A program made the position numbers and the translations under genes. A DNA stretch of 64,000 nt from Nymphaea colorata (Eukaryota), in the NCBI RefSeq assembly GCF_008831285.2, contig NC_045138.2:35092001-35156000 (forward strand), given 5' to 3'. A model generated the notes under the pieces. That model did not search any database, was not told the origin of the DNA, and saw only the letters and a list, made by a program, of their open reading frames with translations. Position 1 is the first letter of the stretch, and each line of letters opens with the position of its first letter. Shown here in pieces: positions 1 to 13,669 of the stretch.

Positions 1-166
1 GGCATGAGATTTCCTAAATAACCAAAACTAGTGTTGTTTGCGCTCGCAGCAGTTCAAACAATGATTGAGATCACAACGAAGTTACAAAGGAAACGCGGAT
101 GTGAACATGACCAAAATCGTCCAATCCTTGACAATACTAAAAGAACAAAACTGATTCAAGAGGTAC

Positions 167-390
167 CATTGAATCCGTTGACTGCCGCTTGGTTGACATC
201 CTTCGTATAGCGCTCATAAACCCTCAAGTTCGTGCAAGTCTCGTCGAACACTTCATCTGCACAGTCAGACCAAGAGCTTGCACTGTAAGAGTGAACCGCA
301 GAGAAGAGAAGAACCTGCAGGACGGGAGGGCAAAAGGAGTTTAGCGAAAGCGAAGGAGACGCCTGAAATGGGACCAGAACAGTGCGATCG
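167..390 (-). pseudogene. Kinesin-7 (CENP-E-like) motor N-terminal fragment, two exon remnants
   Basis: AG/GT-bounded exon 256..167 reads (D)EVFDETCTNLRVYERYTKDVNQAAVNGFN(G), resembling plant kinesin-7 DHVFDESxTNxxVYExxTKDIIxAAVxGFNG. The upstream remnant ~390..345 reads RSHCSGPISGVSFAF, with the donor GT apparently changed to CT and an in-frame TAA before it. Confidence 0.65.
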
Positions 391-394
391 TTAA

Positions 395-1784
395 ACGTAC
401 TTGTAGGGTTCTGTAGAATGTAAGAAAAAGATTGACCGACCGATCGATCACTACGCGGTGAAATCAAGAACAATGATGGACGGTGAACTCTCTCTGGAAA
501 CCTCTCTATTGCCCTCGATCTCCGAACGGTCTTCTGTTTGTCGGCTTTCGATGGACCGATAGATCGACGATCGAGGGCCGAGGCCGATCGAACTCTTCTC
601 CACTTCGCTCCTCTGTCTGTCGACCTTTTAGATGCCCCCCTTCCCTTCCAAGCAGTGGACCTAGCGATCGAACAGCATTGTTCTTGTGGGTCGAAAAATA
701 CCCTAATGAGAGCAGAAAAACAGAAAGAGCGAATGGAGGAGGGAGGAAACTTAGTCTTACTCTACCACCAGAGGCAAGTGGAGACTCTGGTCCAGCGGGA
801 GGATGATGAATAGGAGCTGCTGCTCGCAATTCCTAATGATGAACTGCGGCAACCCACGCCTGCAATCTGCATCCTTCTTCCATCGTCGCTGCCATCGAGG
901 ATCCAGCCTCGCTCCGTGAGAGAGAGAGGGTGTGCTTTCCTTCCCTGGAACTAGCGGGAAAAAGAAAAGCCTTGTTGAAACAGTAACCGTTGAGAAGTTG
1001 CGTTTCTTGAACTTTATAACTGAATATTTGCATAACTCAAATCCTGTTGCCGCGCGGCTAATTCCCTCCCCAAGCAATAAAAAAAATCCGGCATAATGCC
1101 TTATTTTTCATTCATTAATTAATGAGTTAACGATAATAAGTGTGAGAATATCAATGGATGAGATTTGAAGATGATGTATCTTTACATCTAATTTATTGGA
1201 TATTCACTTGTTTAAATTCAACTTCAAAATCAAAGTGAATGTATATATTATATTTGAATCTGACTTTTATTGTCACAATTAAACCCGAGCTAGGATCCAC
1301 TTTTAAATTCATAACCACGTCTATTTAAAATTATGATATGCTCCGAACTAGTTTCAAGTTATATGGATGTTCGATATAGGAAATTTTATCTAATGTTTAT
1401 TATCCAGGCATATACTTTTTTAAGACAACTCTAGTCGAATATCATTTCTTAAAATTGAATCAAAAACCCATATTTTCCTGATCGAATGAATTTTTTTCTT
1501 CATATTCGGCAGATTTAAAGCAGTGTAGCCGGATATCAGATCCAAATTCAAATGTCGGGTCATGAGATTCGGGTCATTATTGCTTCAAATGACGTCTTAG
1601 GCCTAAGCATATTCTAGTAATCCTTGTTGCTTGGATCAGAATCTATGGGCTGATTCCCTCTATTTTTATTTTTAAATCAATTTAAAATATTTTAAACTAT
1701 TTTTTAATTTAATTAAGAAGTTAGCCCATCTCCATCTATATTTCATTCCCATGATTTCAGAAATTTGAGAAATAATGTGTCAAC

Positions 1785-1848
<64 letters not shown>

Positions 1849-3918
1849 CACAAAAAAAACATATGTTTGAATGGGGTTAATGTTTCTATGGAAAATCTAA
1901 TGGCCCCGTTTTTTTGACCTACATTTGACACTAAAGCTAAAAACAACATGCAAATCATGTAGATTTCCGTTAATTAATAAAAAAAAAATCGGTTAATTTG
2001 AGAAGCACAAAACAGTAGTTATAATTTCTTGCAATATTTTAAACTATACATTTTTTAGTTATAGTTTCTTGCGATATTTTAAACTATGTATTTCCTTTTC
2101 AAATAGATAACTGATCATAATCAGAGGAAAAAAGATTTATGAAAACACACTTGAGATTCCAGTAGGGTTTAATAAACTCCAAACTTTTTTGCCTTGTTAT
2201 TTTGAACACAATTAAGAATTGAAAGAAACACCTGCATATATATTGGTATAAACTCCTGCATACACGGTCATACAGGATGATGCAATCCCATGCCGCAGTC
2301 TGAAGCAAAGTTGTCAAAAATTAAATTGGAAAATGAATCAAATTCCAGCAGTGAATTAGTGATAAATTGGAAAAGAATACGATTGTAGGCTTTTTTAGAC
2401 AAAAAATAAAATATAATTATTGAAAAATAAAAAAATATAAGAGATGGAATAAGATACTATAGCCATTTTCTATGGATTTAGATATTTGTAGGTTCTTAAA
2501 AATTTTGAATTTTAACATAAAATATTATTGGAACCAAGTTTACATTAATTGGAATTTAACTGTTGCCATTTATCAATCCAACTACATGAAGTTGTGGTGG
2601 AATATTTCCTAGATGGGGCGACCGAGGGGTGGAAATAGGTTGGTTCGGGCTGATCCGGACTTCATTGAGTCTAACATGCATGCTCGCATGTTTTAGACTC
2701 ATGTGCAGAAATTTGAGTTTAGAATTGTTGAAATTTGTAGCCGATTATTTCTCTGATCTAAAAAATTTACATCCAATGGATTGGATCTTTTTATAGATCC
2801 TAGACTCCAATCTGCATTGAGACTTTACGGAATCCAGATCATAAGATAAAAAACCAGGCCCCATTATCTTTGCAAGACAAGTCATATGTGTCGTAATCGA
2901 GTCGCCGTGTGGACTGGCTAGACAAATGCAATTACTTTAGGATTTTTATTTTCATTTTTCTTGTTGTTTCAATCAATTACAAATTTTCAAAAGCATGCAC
3001 AAATTTTGATTAAGTAATAAAACCACTTTTAAGAATAAAAGACATTATGTAACTGTCGAGATGGCACTGGTGAAATCCCATGCAACTCGCTATAAAATGA
3101 CAATAATGGTAAGAGCGTATATTATTTAATCATTTGTTTCATCACTTAAATTATAAAGGAAGCTAAAGATTAATTAAATGAAGCAATTCAAAATCTCAGT
3201 TTGCTGTGGTTAAAAAGTACTTTAAAGATTGTTTACGGAATATATGAGGTGCAATCATATAACAATTGTTGGGAATCTAATTGTCGAGAACCAACACATA
3301 CATTTTGATTGTATCTTTTAGTTTTAGAACCTGCATGTCATCCAGCCAACCTTCTCAAATTAACCAATTAATTCAATAAAAGATAAGCTATATAATCAAG
3401 ACTAATGTTTTAAATATTGGTTGTCGCTCTGCACATCGATTTACCTATTAATACATAATCGAAATTTATCACCAATTTTATTTTAAAATTACAGAAAATT
3501 AAACTATTTAATTAATTAAAAAATGAACAACAAAAATTACACAGAACTATGTATGGGCCTTAGTTATATTGTGTGAATAAAAGGGTTTTTTCCATGAAAA
3601 GATGTTCAACGGTACTGCCCCATATCCAACCCAAATCAAGGCCTTTTGAGAAAGAAAAAGAGGAAAGAGGAAAGTGATCGTTGAGGAAAGTACTCGTTGC
3701 AGTTTTCCGTGTTAGTGATCGTTGAGGAAAGCAGTCATTGCAGTTTTCCCAAGTTATCAGTTTCTCTCTCTCTTTTCTCTCTGGTCGGAGGAGGGTTTCC
3801 GAAGAGAGCCTCTGCCCTGGTCGGAGGAGGGTCTCTGCCCTTCCCTGCGGAGCTCAACCTCACGTCCCTCATGTCCAAGCTGGGGAGCAAGGACTAGGCG
3901 GATCTGCTTGCCACCATC
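395..3918. repeat. Copy 1 of a ~3.5-kb direct duplication ending at the N gap
   Basis: Nearly identical to 4019..7553; ORF-track translations recur at an offset of ~3623-3635. Confidence 0.97.
1789..1847. repeat. (AT)n microsatellite (second copy at ~5410-5475)
   Basis: Direct reading. Confidence 0.95.
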
Positions 3919-4018
3919 NNNNNNNNNNNNNNNNNNNNNNNNNNNNNNNNNNNNNNNNNNNNNNNNNNNNNNNNNNNNNNNNNNNNNNNNNNNNNNNNNN
4001 NNNNNNNNNNNNNNNNNN
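3919..4018. other. Assembly gap (100 N)
   Basis: Run of exactly 100 N, a typical placeholder gap. Confidence 0.99.
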
Positions 4019-5414
4019 ACGTACTTGTAGGGTTCTGTAGAATGTAAGAAAAGATTGACCGACCGATCGATCACTACGCGGTGAAATCAAGAACAATGAT
4101 GGACGGTGAACTCTCTCTGGAAACCTCTCTATTGCCCTCGATCTCCGAACGGTCTTCTGTTTGTCGGCTTTCGATGGACCGATAGATCGACGATCGAGGG
4201 CCGAGGCCGATCGAACTCTTCTCCACTTCGCTCCTCTGTCTGTCGACCTTTTAGATGCCCCCCTTCCCTTCCAAGCAGTGGACCTAGCGATCGAACAGCA
4301 TTGTTCTTGTGGGTCGAAAAATACCCTAATGAGAGCAGAAAAACAGAAAGAGCGAATGGAGGAGGGAGGAAACTTAGTCTTACTCTACCACCAGAGGCAA
4401 GTGGAGACTCTGGTCCAGCGGGAGGATGATGAATAGGAGCTGCTGCTCGCAATTCCTAATGATGAACTGCGGCAACCCACGCCTGCAATCTGCATCCTTC
4501 TTCCATCGTCGCTGCCATCGAGGATCCAGCCTCGCTCCGTGAGAGAGAGAGGGTGTGCTTTCCTTCCCTGGAACTAGCGGGAAAAAGAAAAGCCTTGTTG
4601 AAACAGTAACCGTTGAGAAGTTGCGTTTCTTGAACTTTATAACTGAATATTTGCATAACTCAAATCCTGTTGCCGCGCGGCTAATTCCCTCCCCAAGCAA
4701 TAAAAAAAATCCGGCATAATGCCTTATTTTTCATTCATTAATTAATGAGTTAACGATAATAAGTGTGAGAATATCAATGGATGAGATTTGAAGATGATGT
4801 ATCTTTACATCTAATTTATTGGATATTCACTTGTTTAAATTCAACTTCAAAATCAAAGTGAATGTATATATTATATTTGAATCTGACTTTTATTGTCACA
4901 ATTAAACCCGAGCTAGGATCCACTTTTAAATTCATAACCACGTCTATTTAAAATTATGATATGCTCCGAACTAGTTTCAAGTTATATGGATGTTCGATAT
5001 AGGAAATTTTATCTAATGTTTATTATCCAGGCATATACTTTTTTAAGACAACTCTAGTCGAATATCATTTCTTAAAATTGAATCAAAAACCCATATTTTC
5101 CTGATCGAATGAATTTTTTTCTTCATATTCGGCAGATTTAAAGCAGTGTAGCCGGATATCAGATCCAAATTCAAATGTCGGGTCATGAGATTCGGGTCAT
5201 TATTGCTTCAAATGACGTCTTAGGCCTAAGCATATTCTAGTAATCCTTGTTGCTTGGATCAGAATCTATGGGCTGATTCCCTCTATTTTTATTTTTAAAT
5301 CAATTTAAAATATTTTAAACTATTTTTAATTTAATTAAGAAGTTAGCCCATCTCCATCTATATTTCATTCCCATGATTTCAGAAATTTGAGAAATAATGT
5401 GTCAACGTTTATAT

Positions 5415-5477
<63 letters not shown>

Positions 5478-7553
5478 CACAAAAAAAACATATGTTTGAA
5501 TGGGGTTAATGTTTCTATGGAAAATCTAATGGCCCCGTTTTTTTGACCTACATTTGACACTAAAGCTAAAAACAACATGCAAATCATGTAGATTTCCGTT
5601 AAATTAATAAAAAAAAAATCGGTTAATTTGAGAAGCACAAAACAGTAGTTATAATTTCTTGCAATATTTTAAACTATACATTTTTTAGTTATAGTTTCTT
5701 GCGATATTTTAAACTATGCATTTCCTTTTCAAATAGATAACTCATCATAATCAGAGGAAAAAAGATTTATGAAAACACACTTGAGATTCCAGTAGGGTTT
5801 AATAAACTCCAAACTTTTTTGCCTTGTTATTTTGAACACAATTAAGAATTGAAAGAAACACCTGCATATATATTGGTATAAACTCCTGCATACACGGTCA
5901 TACAGGATGATGCAATCCCATGCCGCAGTCTGAAGCAAAGTTGTCAAAAATTAAAATTGGAAAATGAATCAAATCGCAGTGAATTAGTGATAAATTGGAA
6001 AAGAATACGATTGTAGGCTTTTTAGACAAAAAATAAAATATAATTATTGAAAAATAAAAAAATATAAGAGATGGAATAAGATACTATAGCCATTTTCTAT
6101 GGATTTAGATATTTGTAGGTTCTTAAAATTTTGAATTTTAACATAAAATATTATTGGAACCAAGTTTACATTAATTGGAATTTAACTGTTGCCATTTATC
6201 AATCCAACTACATGAAGTTGTGGTGGAATATTTCCTAGATGGGGCGACCGAGGGGTGGAAATAGGTTGGTTTCGGGCTGATCCGGACTTCATTGAGTCTA
6301 ACATGCATGCTCGCATGTTTTAGACTCATGTGACAGAAATTTGAGTTTAGAATTGTTGAAATTTGTAGCCGATTATTTCTCTGATCTAAAAAATTTACAT
6401 CCAATGGATTGGATCTTTTTATAGATCCTAGACTCCAATCTGCATTGAGACTTTACGGAATCCAGATCATAAGATAAAAAACCAGGCCCCATTATCTTTG
6501 CAAGACAAGTCATATGTGTTCGTAATCGAGTCGCCGTGTGGACTGGCTAGACAAATGCAATTACTTTAGGATTTTTATTTTCATTTTTCTTAGTTGTTTC
6601 AATCAATTACAAATTTTCAAAAGCATGCACAAATTTTGATTAAGTAATAAAACCACTTTTAAGAATAAAAGACATTATGTAACTGTCGAGATGGCACTGG
6701 TGAAATCCCATGCAACTCGCTATAAAATGACAAATAATGGTAAGAGCGTAATATTATTTAATCATTTGTTTCATCACTTAAATTATAAAGGAAGCTAAAG
6801 ATTAATTAAATGAAGCAATTCAAAATCTCAGTTTGCTGTGGTTAAAAAGTACTTTAAAGATTGTTTACGGAATATATGAGGTGCAATCATATAACAATTG
6901 TTGGGAATCTAATTGTCGAGAACCCAACACATACATTTTGATTGTATCTTTTAGTTTTAGAACCTGCATGTCATCCAGCCAACCTTCTCAAATTTAACCA
7001 ATTAATTCAATAAAAGATAAGCTATATAATCAAGACTAATGTTTTAAATATTGGTTGTCGCTCTGCACATCGATTTACCTATTAATACATAATCGAAATT
7101 TATCACCAATTTTATTTTAAAATTACAGAAAATTAAACTATTTAATTAATTTAAAAAATGAACAACAAAAATTACACAGAACTATGTATGGGCCTTAGTT
7201 ATATTGTGTGAATAAAAGGGTTTTTTCCATGAAAAGATGTTCAACGGTACTGCCCCATATCCAACCCAAATCAAGGCCTTTTGAGAAAGAAAAGAGGAAA
7301 GAGGAAAGTGATCGTTGAGGAAAGTACTCGTTGCAGTTTTCCGTGGTTAGTGATCGTTGAGGAAAGCAGTCATTGCAGTTTTCCCAAGTTATCAGTTTCT
7401 CTCTCTCTTTTCTCTCTGGTCGGAGGAGGGTTTCCGAAGAGAGCCTCTGCCCTGGTCGGAGGAGGGTCTCTGCCCTTCCCTGCGGAGCTCAACCTCACGT
7501 CCCTCATGTCCAAGCTGGGGAGCAAGGACTAGGCGGATCTGCTTGCCACCATC
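4019..7553. repeat. Copy 2 of the ~3.5-kb direct duplication, starting at the N gap
   Basis: Matches 395..3918; differences are mostly 1-nt indels. Confidence 0.97.
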
Positions 7554-7688
7554 GGCACCATCAATAACTGCATGGGCAACGTCGTCGGAGGTCTCACCGT
7601 CTTCTGACACATTGACAGCGTCAAGTTAGTGGCAGGTGGGAGCTTCATGCTTATGGTGTTGGTCGCCCTTCTTCTCTTGATTGCTTGA
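7479..7688 (+). pseudogene. Fasciclin-like arabinogalactan protein (FLA) fragment
   Basis: One frame reads PAELNLTSLMSKLGSKD*ADLLATIGTINNCMGNVVGGLTVF*HIDSVK, resembling the start of the second FAS1 domain (LNLTxxMSKxGCKxFADLL...VDGGLTVFCPxD). A hydrophobic tail LVAGGSFMLMVLVALLLLIA* follows. Two internal stops. Confidence 0.7.
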
Positions 7689-8294
7689 TTTAATTGCATA
7701 TACAGCAGTGTCTATAAGCGATTTACACAACATCATATGCGATAAACTTGAATTTACGCAGATATGCGATTTGAAAAGTATAAGTCTTTAAGTCTTGAAA
7801 AAGACAGAGGTGATAGAGGAGAAATTCATTGGGTCGCGATAATGGCTCAATCGAAGCTTGTGATGAAGGGATATCCTTCATTAGAGCATTGTCGTTTAAA
7901 TTTCATATATCTTTTGCAGATATCTCATTTTTCAATGATCAGAATATCGGTTATTATCAAGTACTTTGGGTCTTTGTCCTGGGTAACATTGACAAACAAA
8001 ATTGATGACTGAATCCAAAACGATGTTAGAAATTAACCATTTCACATGAATCGAGTTAGCCAACAAAATAACCAGTAAAGGAGTTTTAAGATGCTGCATC
8101 CAAAGCTTTCGAAAGAGGTTGTTAGGAGCAAATTGCTGTACGAATCCCATCTAGTTTATGAAAAAGTTGATGTTTAATTTCGTCCGTCTAACAAGCAACT
8201 TTCTCGGCATGGTGCACTAGAAGGCTGTATGAATATTAACAATGGGATGGAAATGGTTCTCTCCTGTTTGATGTGCTTCGTTTACTTCCTGCAG

Positions 8295-8665
8295 CTCGGA
8301 AAGCTATTGAGGTTAGAGTAGATGGAATAGTTGTTTCGAATCATGGTGGTCGCCAAATTGATTGTGCACCTGCTACAATTTCTGCCCTTGAGGAGGTAAC
8401 GTCGATTCACTTCAAATGATTCTGAAATTGCTATTTCTTGACTTCTCAAAATGGAGTGCAAGAAAACTTCCATCCTTTTTGTCCTTTCCGTGTTAATCTC
8501 TTGACACATGTGAGGGATGCATGATTCCCCTCCCGGTTGGTCTTCCTATTTGAAGAATAGGTTGTTCAAGCTGTCGCTGGTAAAGTTCTTGTTTTGCTTG
8601 ATGGAGGAATTAGGCTTGGGACAGACATGTTCAAAGCCTTAGCTCTTGGTGCCCAAGCCATTCCG
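8295..8665 (+). pseudogene. Glycolate oxidase / (S)-2-hydroxy-acid oxidase fragment (2 exons)
   Basis: Exon 8295-8395 reads (A)[33 protein letters not shown] (SNHGGRQ motif). Exon 8561-8665 reads [39 protein letters not shown] intron between them; no other exons recognisable; conserved RRGTD is RLGTD. Confidence 0.85.
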
Positions 8666-11600
8666 GTCATCTCTCTCTTTCTCTTTGTGTATACATGCTC
8701 AATGAGGTTACCCGTTTGCTCTATCAATTTGTTTTGCTTTGTTATTTTTGAAGATATAGCTGGAATTCATTAAGTAGTGGTCCATAGCAGGTTCTAGACT
8801 TTCTCATTTTAGGACCTGCAAATAGTGGTTTTGCTTTGATTTATGCATTTTGTTTTTTGGTGTTATTGCTAAGAGGGTTGTGTCTTAGCAAGTTCTGTTT
8901 GTGCTATCTAGCTAGGGGTGTGGTCTATGGTTTATCATACCCGTTGATTGTATTTTTAGATAGGAAAACCATAATTTGAGTCATATTCTTAGGACCTTTC
9001 TAGGTATATGCACAGGCAGAGAAATCTTGGGGAGCCTTTTGTTCCATTTGATCATGAACACGAGTTTTGATTAAAAGCATTTCAAACCATTCAATCCAAT
9101 CCAACTCAGTCTTGAAAGTACCCTATTAGTTGGCTAGAAGAGTGAGTTGTTGGTCTAGACATTTTTTCTTGGTAATCAATGATCAAACCCTATGCAAGGA
9201 AACCTTACAACATGAGAATTTGGAGAATTTTGTCTGCCACAAGGCTCTATTTTTATGAAGAGACTTTGAGGAGAACTTGTCCCTTGTGTTGTTATCCTTT
9301 TTCAAAATATAATTTCACAAAGTCCTTGTATAACCGGAACACAAAACTAGTCAAAACTTTGGTGAATAGCCTTGCATTCTGAATCTAACAAAGTCCAAAC
9401 CCATAGTTGCCTTTATCATATACCCAATGATTTTATAAATTCGGTTGTGTATGATTGGTTTATCCTGGGCTTCCTTCGAGAAAACATAAGAGCTTAACTC
9501 AAACCATTTTGCAAAATTCACTCAGTTGATGACCCAATATTATGGAAACTGGTCACCCTTAGATCAACCTTTTGTGTAAAGGGCTTTACTTTTATGGAGT
9601 TCGTTCTTCTACAATCCAACCCATCTTGTTTAACATTCAATAGAGTTCCTTCTTCCTTCCTGGTGACATAACATTTGATGTCAAAAACTTTTGTAAAATG
9701 GAAAATTTTTCATTTTCCTTAAAAGCCTTTTAAAATTGTCTTCTCAGACAACATTATGTCTTTGGTTTATCTTTAGTACCTTCCCGAGTGGAAGGAGAAA
9801 ATTTCAAGTCTTTGTTACCAATCAATGGAAGAGGAAAAATGAAAAATCCTAGATATGTGCGATAAAGAAAAATCCTATGAAGCTGAGGAAGTCAAGACTA
9901 GGAAATGCTATTGACTTTGGTGATTAAGCATCTACAAGGATTTCAGAGGAAAATATCCCAAGAGAGAAACCACAATGCTCTATAAGATCTTGGCAGGTAG
10001 CAAAATGAGAGTTGAGAGATGGGCTCGGGGCTTGTGTAGTCGTTCCTCTAGGTCAGTAATCAAGAGTACCGGGTAGACATATAGGTGATTTATGTCTATT
10101 CCGCGAAGATGATGACTTATGAACCTTTAGCTCGTCGAACACCCGTAAGTTGAAGCGGGTGAGACACGTGATAAAGTTACACATATCCACCAAAGCGGTG
10201 GAGCTTCGTAGTAGCCTTTGGGGTGGTGAGGTATTCCCTCAAAGGTGAAGGTCGGCCTGAAAAGAAAAATCAAAAGCAAGAAAAAAAATCAAAAGGGAAA
10301 AAGGTGAAAAAAAAAAGAAAGCAAAAGGTGCCTGCCAAGAAATGAAAAGCATGAAGGCTGAACTCACAGGAATTGAATGTGACAATCTTTTGTGGATGTG
10401 TAATTATGAGATCAATATCCTTTCCTCTTTTTGATTACCTAAGACGTTGAGGGTGATTCCTTTATGTTCATATTTTGGAAATTGAATGATGTCCCTTCTA
10501 GAGATTCGACGGCATGGATGTGAAATGAACCCTGGTGCTTGTACGGTACTATGGATAAACAAAGGGCATGTTATTTGCACAACACAAGCACTTAAGCTTA
10601 TGAGTTAAATTGATCATTTTGAACTATTTCAAAAGTAAAAACTTGACATCTCTTGTTATGTTTCGAGGCTTTCTAGGCATATGAGGAACCAACCAATCCC
10701 CTTGATCTTAAAAGGTGTTTGTCATTTCATTACCAGCCACTAGGCCGTTCTTGGAATGGATGAAACTCCTCAAACATAGGCCAATTATGTTAAGTGTGAT
10801 AAATCGTCCATCTTTTCCTCTGTCTTGGGAGAGGCAAATCCTTTGGGAAGCTGAGTCATTATTCCCTCTTAACTGAGTGTCTTCAACCTGGTTTTCAACA
10901 GCATAACCTAGACTTAGGGTTGAGACTTTCATAAAAAACCTCCATCTCCTTTCAAAAGAACTGGTCGATTTTGAATTGTAAGATTTTTGAAAAGTTCTAT
11001 TCGTCAAAGTGTTATGGGTTTTGTCCATGGCTTCATCTAATCTTTACATTGGCAGTTTTGCAAAATATAGTGTTCCTTTATTATCCAAGGTAAAAGGGGG
11101 GGGGTGGAAAGCCTCATATCTCTTGCCTAACCCGTCTATCAATCTTTTTCTCATCTAGCCCGCTTTTCTTCATCCTTCTTCCACTTGGCTGGCGTTGCTT
11201 TTTTCAGTAACAAAAATGAGCAGCCAAGGGTGAAGGTATTCTTCTTCCTCATCAACTATCCAGCCGTGCCTTTGCTTCTGCAGAGTCCTTCATGTATTTA
11301 GACCAGGTTAGTACTCAGTTTCTTCTTGTGTCATGTTACTTGAGTAGATGCCTTAGGTATTGTAGTTGTCCAGTATAGGTCAAGGTTATTGATTTCATTT
11401 GTTTTCAGTAGGACCATATTCAATCATTTTATTTTGTTTTTTGCTTTAGTGGTTGTCCGGCATAGTGCTTGTCATGTTAATTTTCACTTTCATTTTGGCA
11501 TGGGTTGTTTAGGAGCTTTGTTGACATAGTTGCTTGGTTTTTTATTTTTTCTGTCTTTGCTCAATTCTTTTGATAAATAAAACTTGATGAAGTTCATGGG

Positions 11601-13669
11601 ACTACTGGTTGCGTCACATTCTTGATGTAGTCTTTGAACTACATATCTACATTGCTTAAGTTTGTAGGTTGCATGATTGAATATCTATGACAGCAGCATC
11701 CCATCTAAGTGGTCAGCATGTCAACCATGAGTTATAGTTGCAAAGGTGTGTGTGTGGGTACTATGTTTCTTTTTCATTCTTTTGTTATTTTATTGTGTAT
11801 TTCATTCTTTTGGTTTAATGATAGTTAAGAGAAAGGTTAGGGATGCAAAGATGAAAGAACTGCAAATTAATTTTTTTCTTTTCTTTTTAAATTATTTCTC
11901 AAGTTTTGTCTGACTTGTAAATGTAATGCTAGTGGTGTTCCTGTGTGTTGCTGTTTTATAATACTGTGTGAGTTCGTAGGTTTCAAACTTCATTGAGGAG
12001 AAAGGGGCCAGGTTTTTAGTTGGATGTATACAAGACTAACACTTTGACACCCAGGTAAGAGCTTGGAACGTGAACGGGTCAGGTTAGATCCAAAACAATT
12101 GGAATAGAGAAAGAGAGAGTGTGTGTGTGGTTTGTTTGATAAAGGGAAAGGTTTTGTCTTGGTTGTTTTGGGTGAAATGGGAATCATTAGTGATATTGTT
12201 GCCTCCAATTTTTTTTCCCATTTTTTGTAATTAAATTATGGAATGTGATATAGTGATTGCAAATGTTAGAAATTGTATATGTGATTATTGTATTGTCCTA
12301 CTAAGAGACTTGATGGATTGCTGCCCCGGTTTTGGCATGTTAGAACTTATTAGTGGTACTCCTGATGCAGATGATTGGCATATGGAGTGTATGCCTTTGG
12401 GAACAGATGGGCCAACCAGAGAAAGTGAACCTTATTGAACTTAGTCCTGAACGTGGAACTCTCATGACTGATATTCTCTGTGTAGCATATGATACCTTAA
12501 CTTTCTTCTATTTGGTTTAGATTTCAAGTACACTTCAATCAATGATTATTTTGTAGTTGTGGTTGTCATTGGTATTTCAAATTTGCAGGCTTTACTGCAG
12601 GGTACGTCAAAATTTGATAAATTCAAAAGACCATTACATGTGCGCATGGTTTAATGCAGCTCTGCACTTCAAAAAGTTCAGCATGGTGCACTAAAGTGTG
12701 TGGATGAGGAGGTTCCTGAAACTTGAAAGTGGTAGCAAGAGGACCGTAAGCATGTTGTCTTTGAGCTACTGTATCCTCACATGCTTCTTTGGAGCAGGTC
12801 CCCCCCTGCATGCATCGACATGGAGTCTTCTTTCTTCTGCATGACATAATATGTAAGAAGCACTTTCAGCATGATGTCTCGGTTTGTTTTAATAGCATGC
12901 ACCATTAGTTGTTTACTTTCTGCCCAACTTTTTGTTTTGAAGAAGGCCTGAGACAACAAAGGCTTGACTGGAATGTTTTGTGATGCCAAGTTTTTGTACT
13001 TGCCATGCCATATCCCATGTAACCAGGCCTACGTGCTTTTGATATGCTTCTTTGTGGGCTTTCATTGTTTAGGTGTAATCTTTTGATTGTTTATCTCACA
13101 GTGAAAAAATTTCCTTTTAGAGATTTCCCACCTTTTGAACCATAAGAGTTCTACAAAGTCATTGTCACATCTATAGTGCACATGGAATACATCTATAGTG
13201 CACATGGAATGAATGCATCTCTTTATGTGAGAATGTTGAATTCGAGTTAAATTGGTGACTTTTGAACTGGTGACCAAGAGAATTCTAGCTTTAACATAAT
13301 AAGGTGAGCATAGAAATTTGCATCTTGTAACTTTAGAAGCATTAAGAAAGAATATTTGGCAATTGTCGACTGACTTCCTTGGACACTTGGTCTTGTGAAC
13401 TATCTTAGTTTACAAAAGGATTGGTTGCTGCTTTCATAGTACTTGGTTTGCATGATTAAAAATTTTTGAAAAATTGCCTATTAATTTTTGCAAAGTATGG
13501 CTGGTCCTCTTACAATCTACATATATTTTATGGTTCCACCTGTTTGTTTGTCATGCTCTTATGGACGTATTTGTGTGGTTTATGATGAAGGATTGACATT
13601 GTTCCTTTTATAGATTTCCAGTTGTGAAATGGAGGACCCTAGATTTGAGTGGTGAGTGGAGATTGAGTT

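Noticed and set aside
483..1077. Overlapping ~100-aa ORFs, repeated at 4106-4700
   Set aside because: No recognisable motif; GC-rich sequence open on both strands; recurrence is due to the duplication.
8900..11100. Possible gypsy (Athila/Tat-like) non-coding remnant
   Set aside because: Composition is suggestive, but no LTR pair, PBS or protein motif could be identified.
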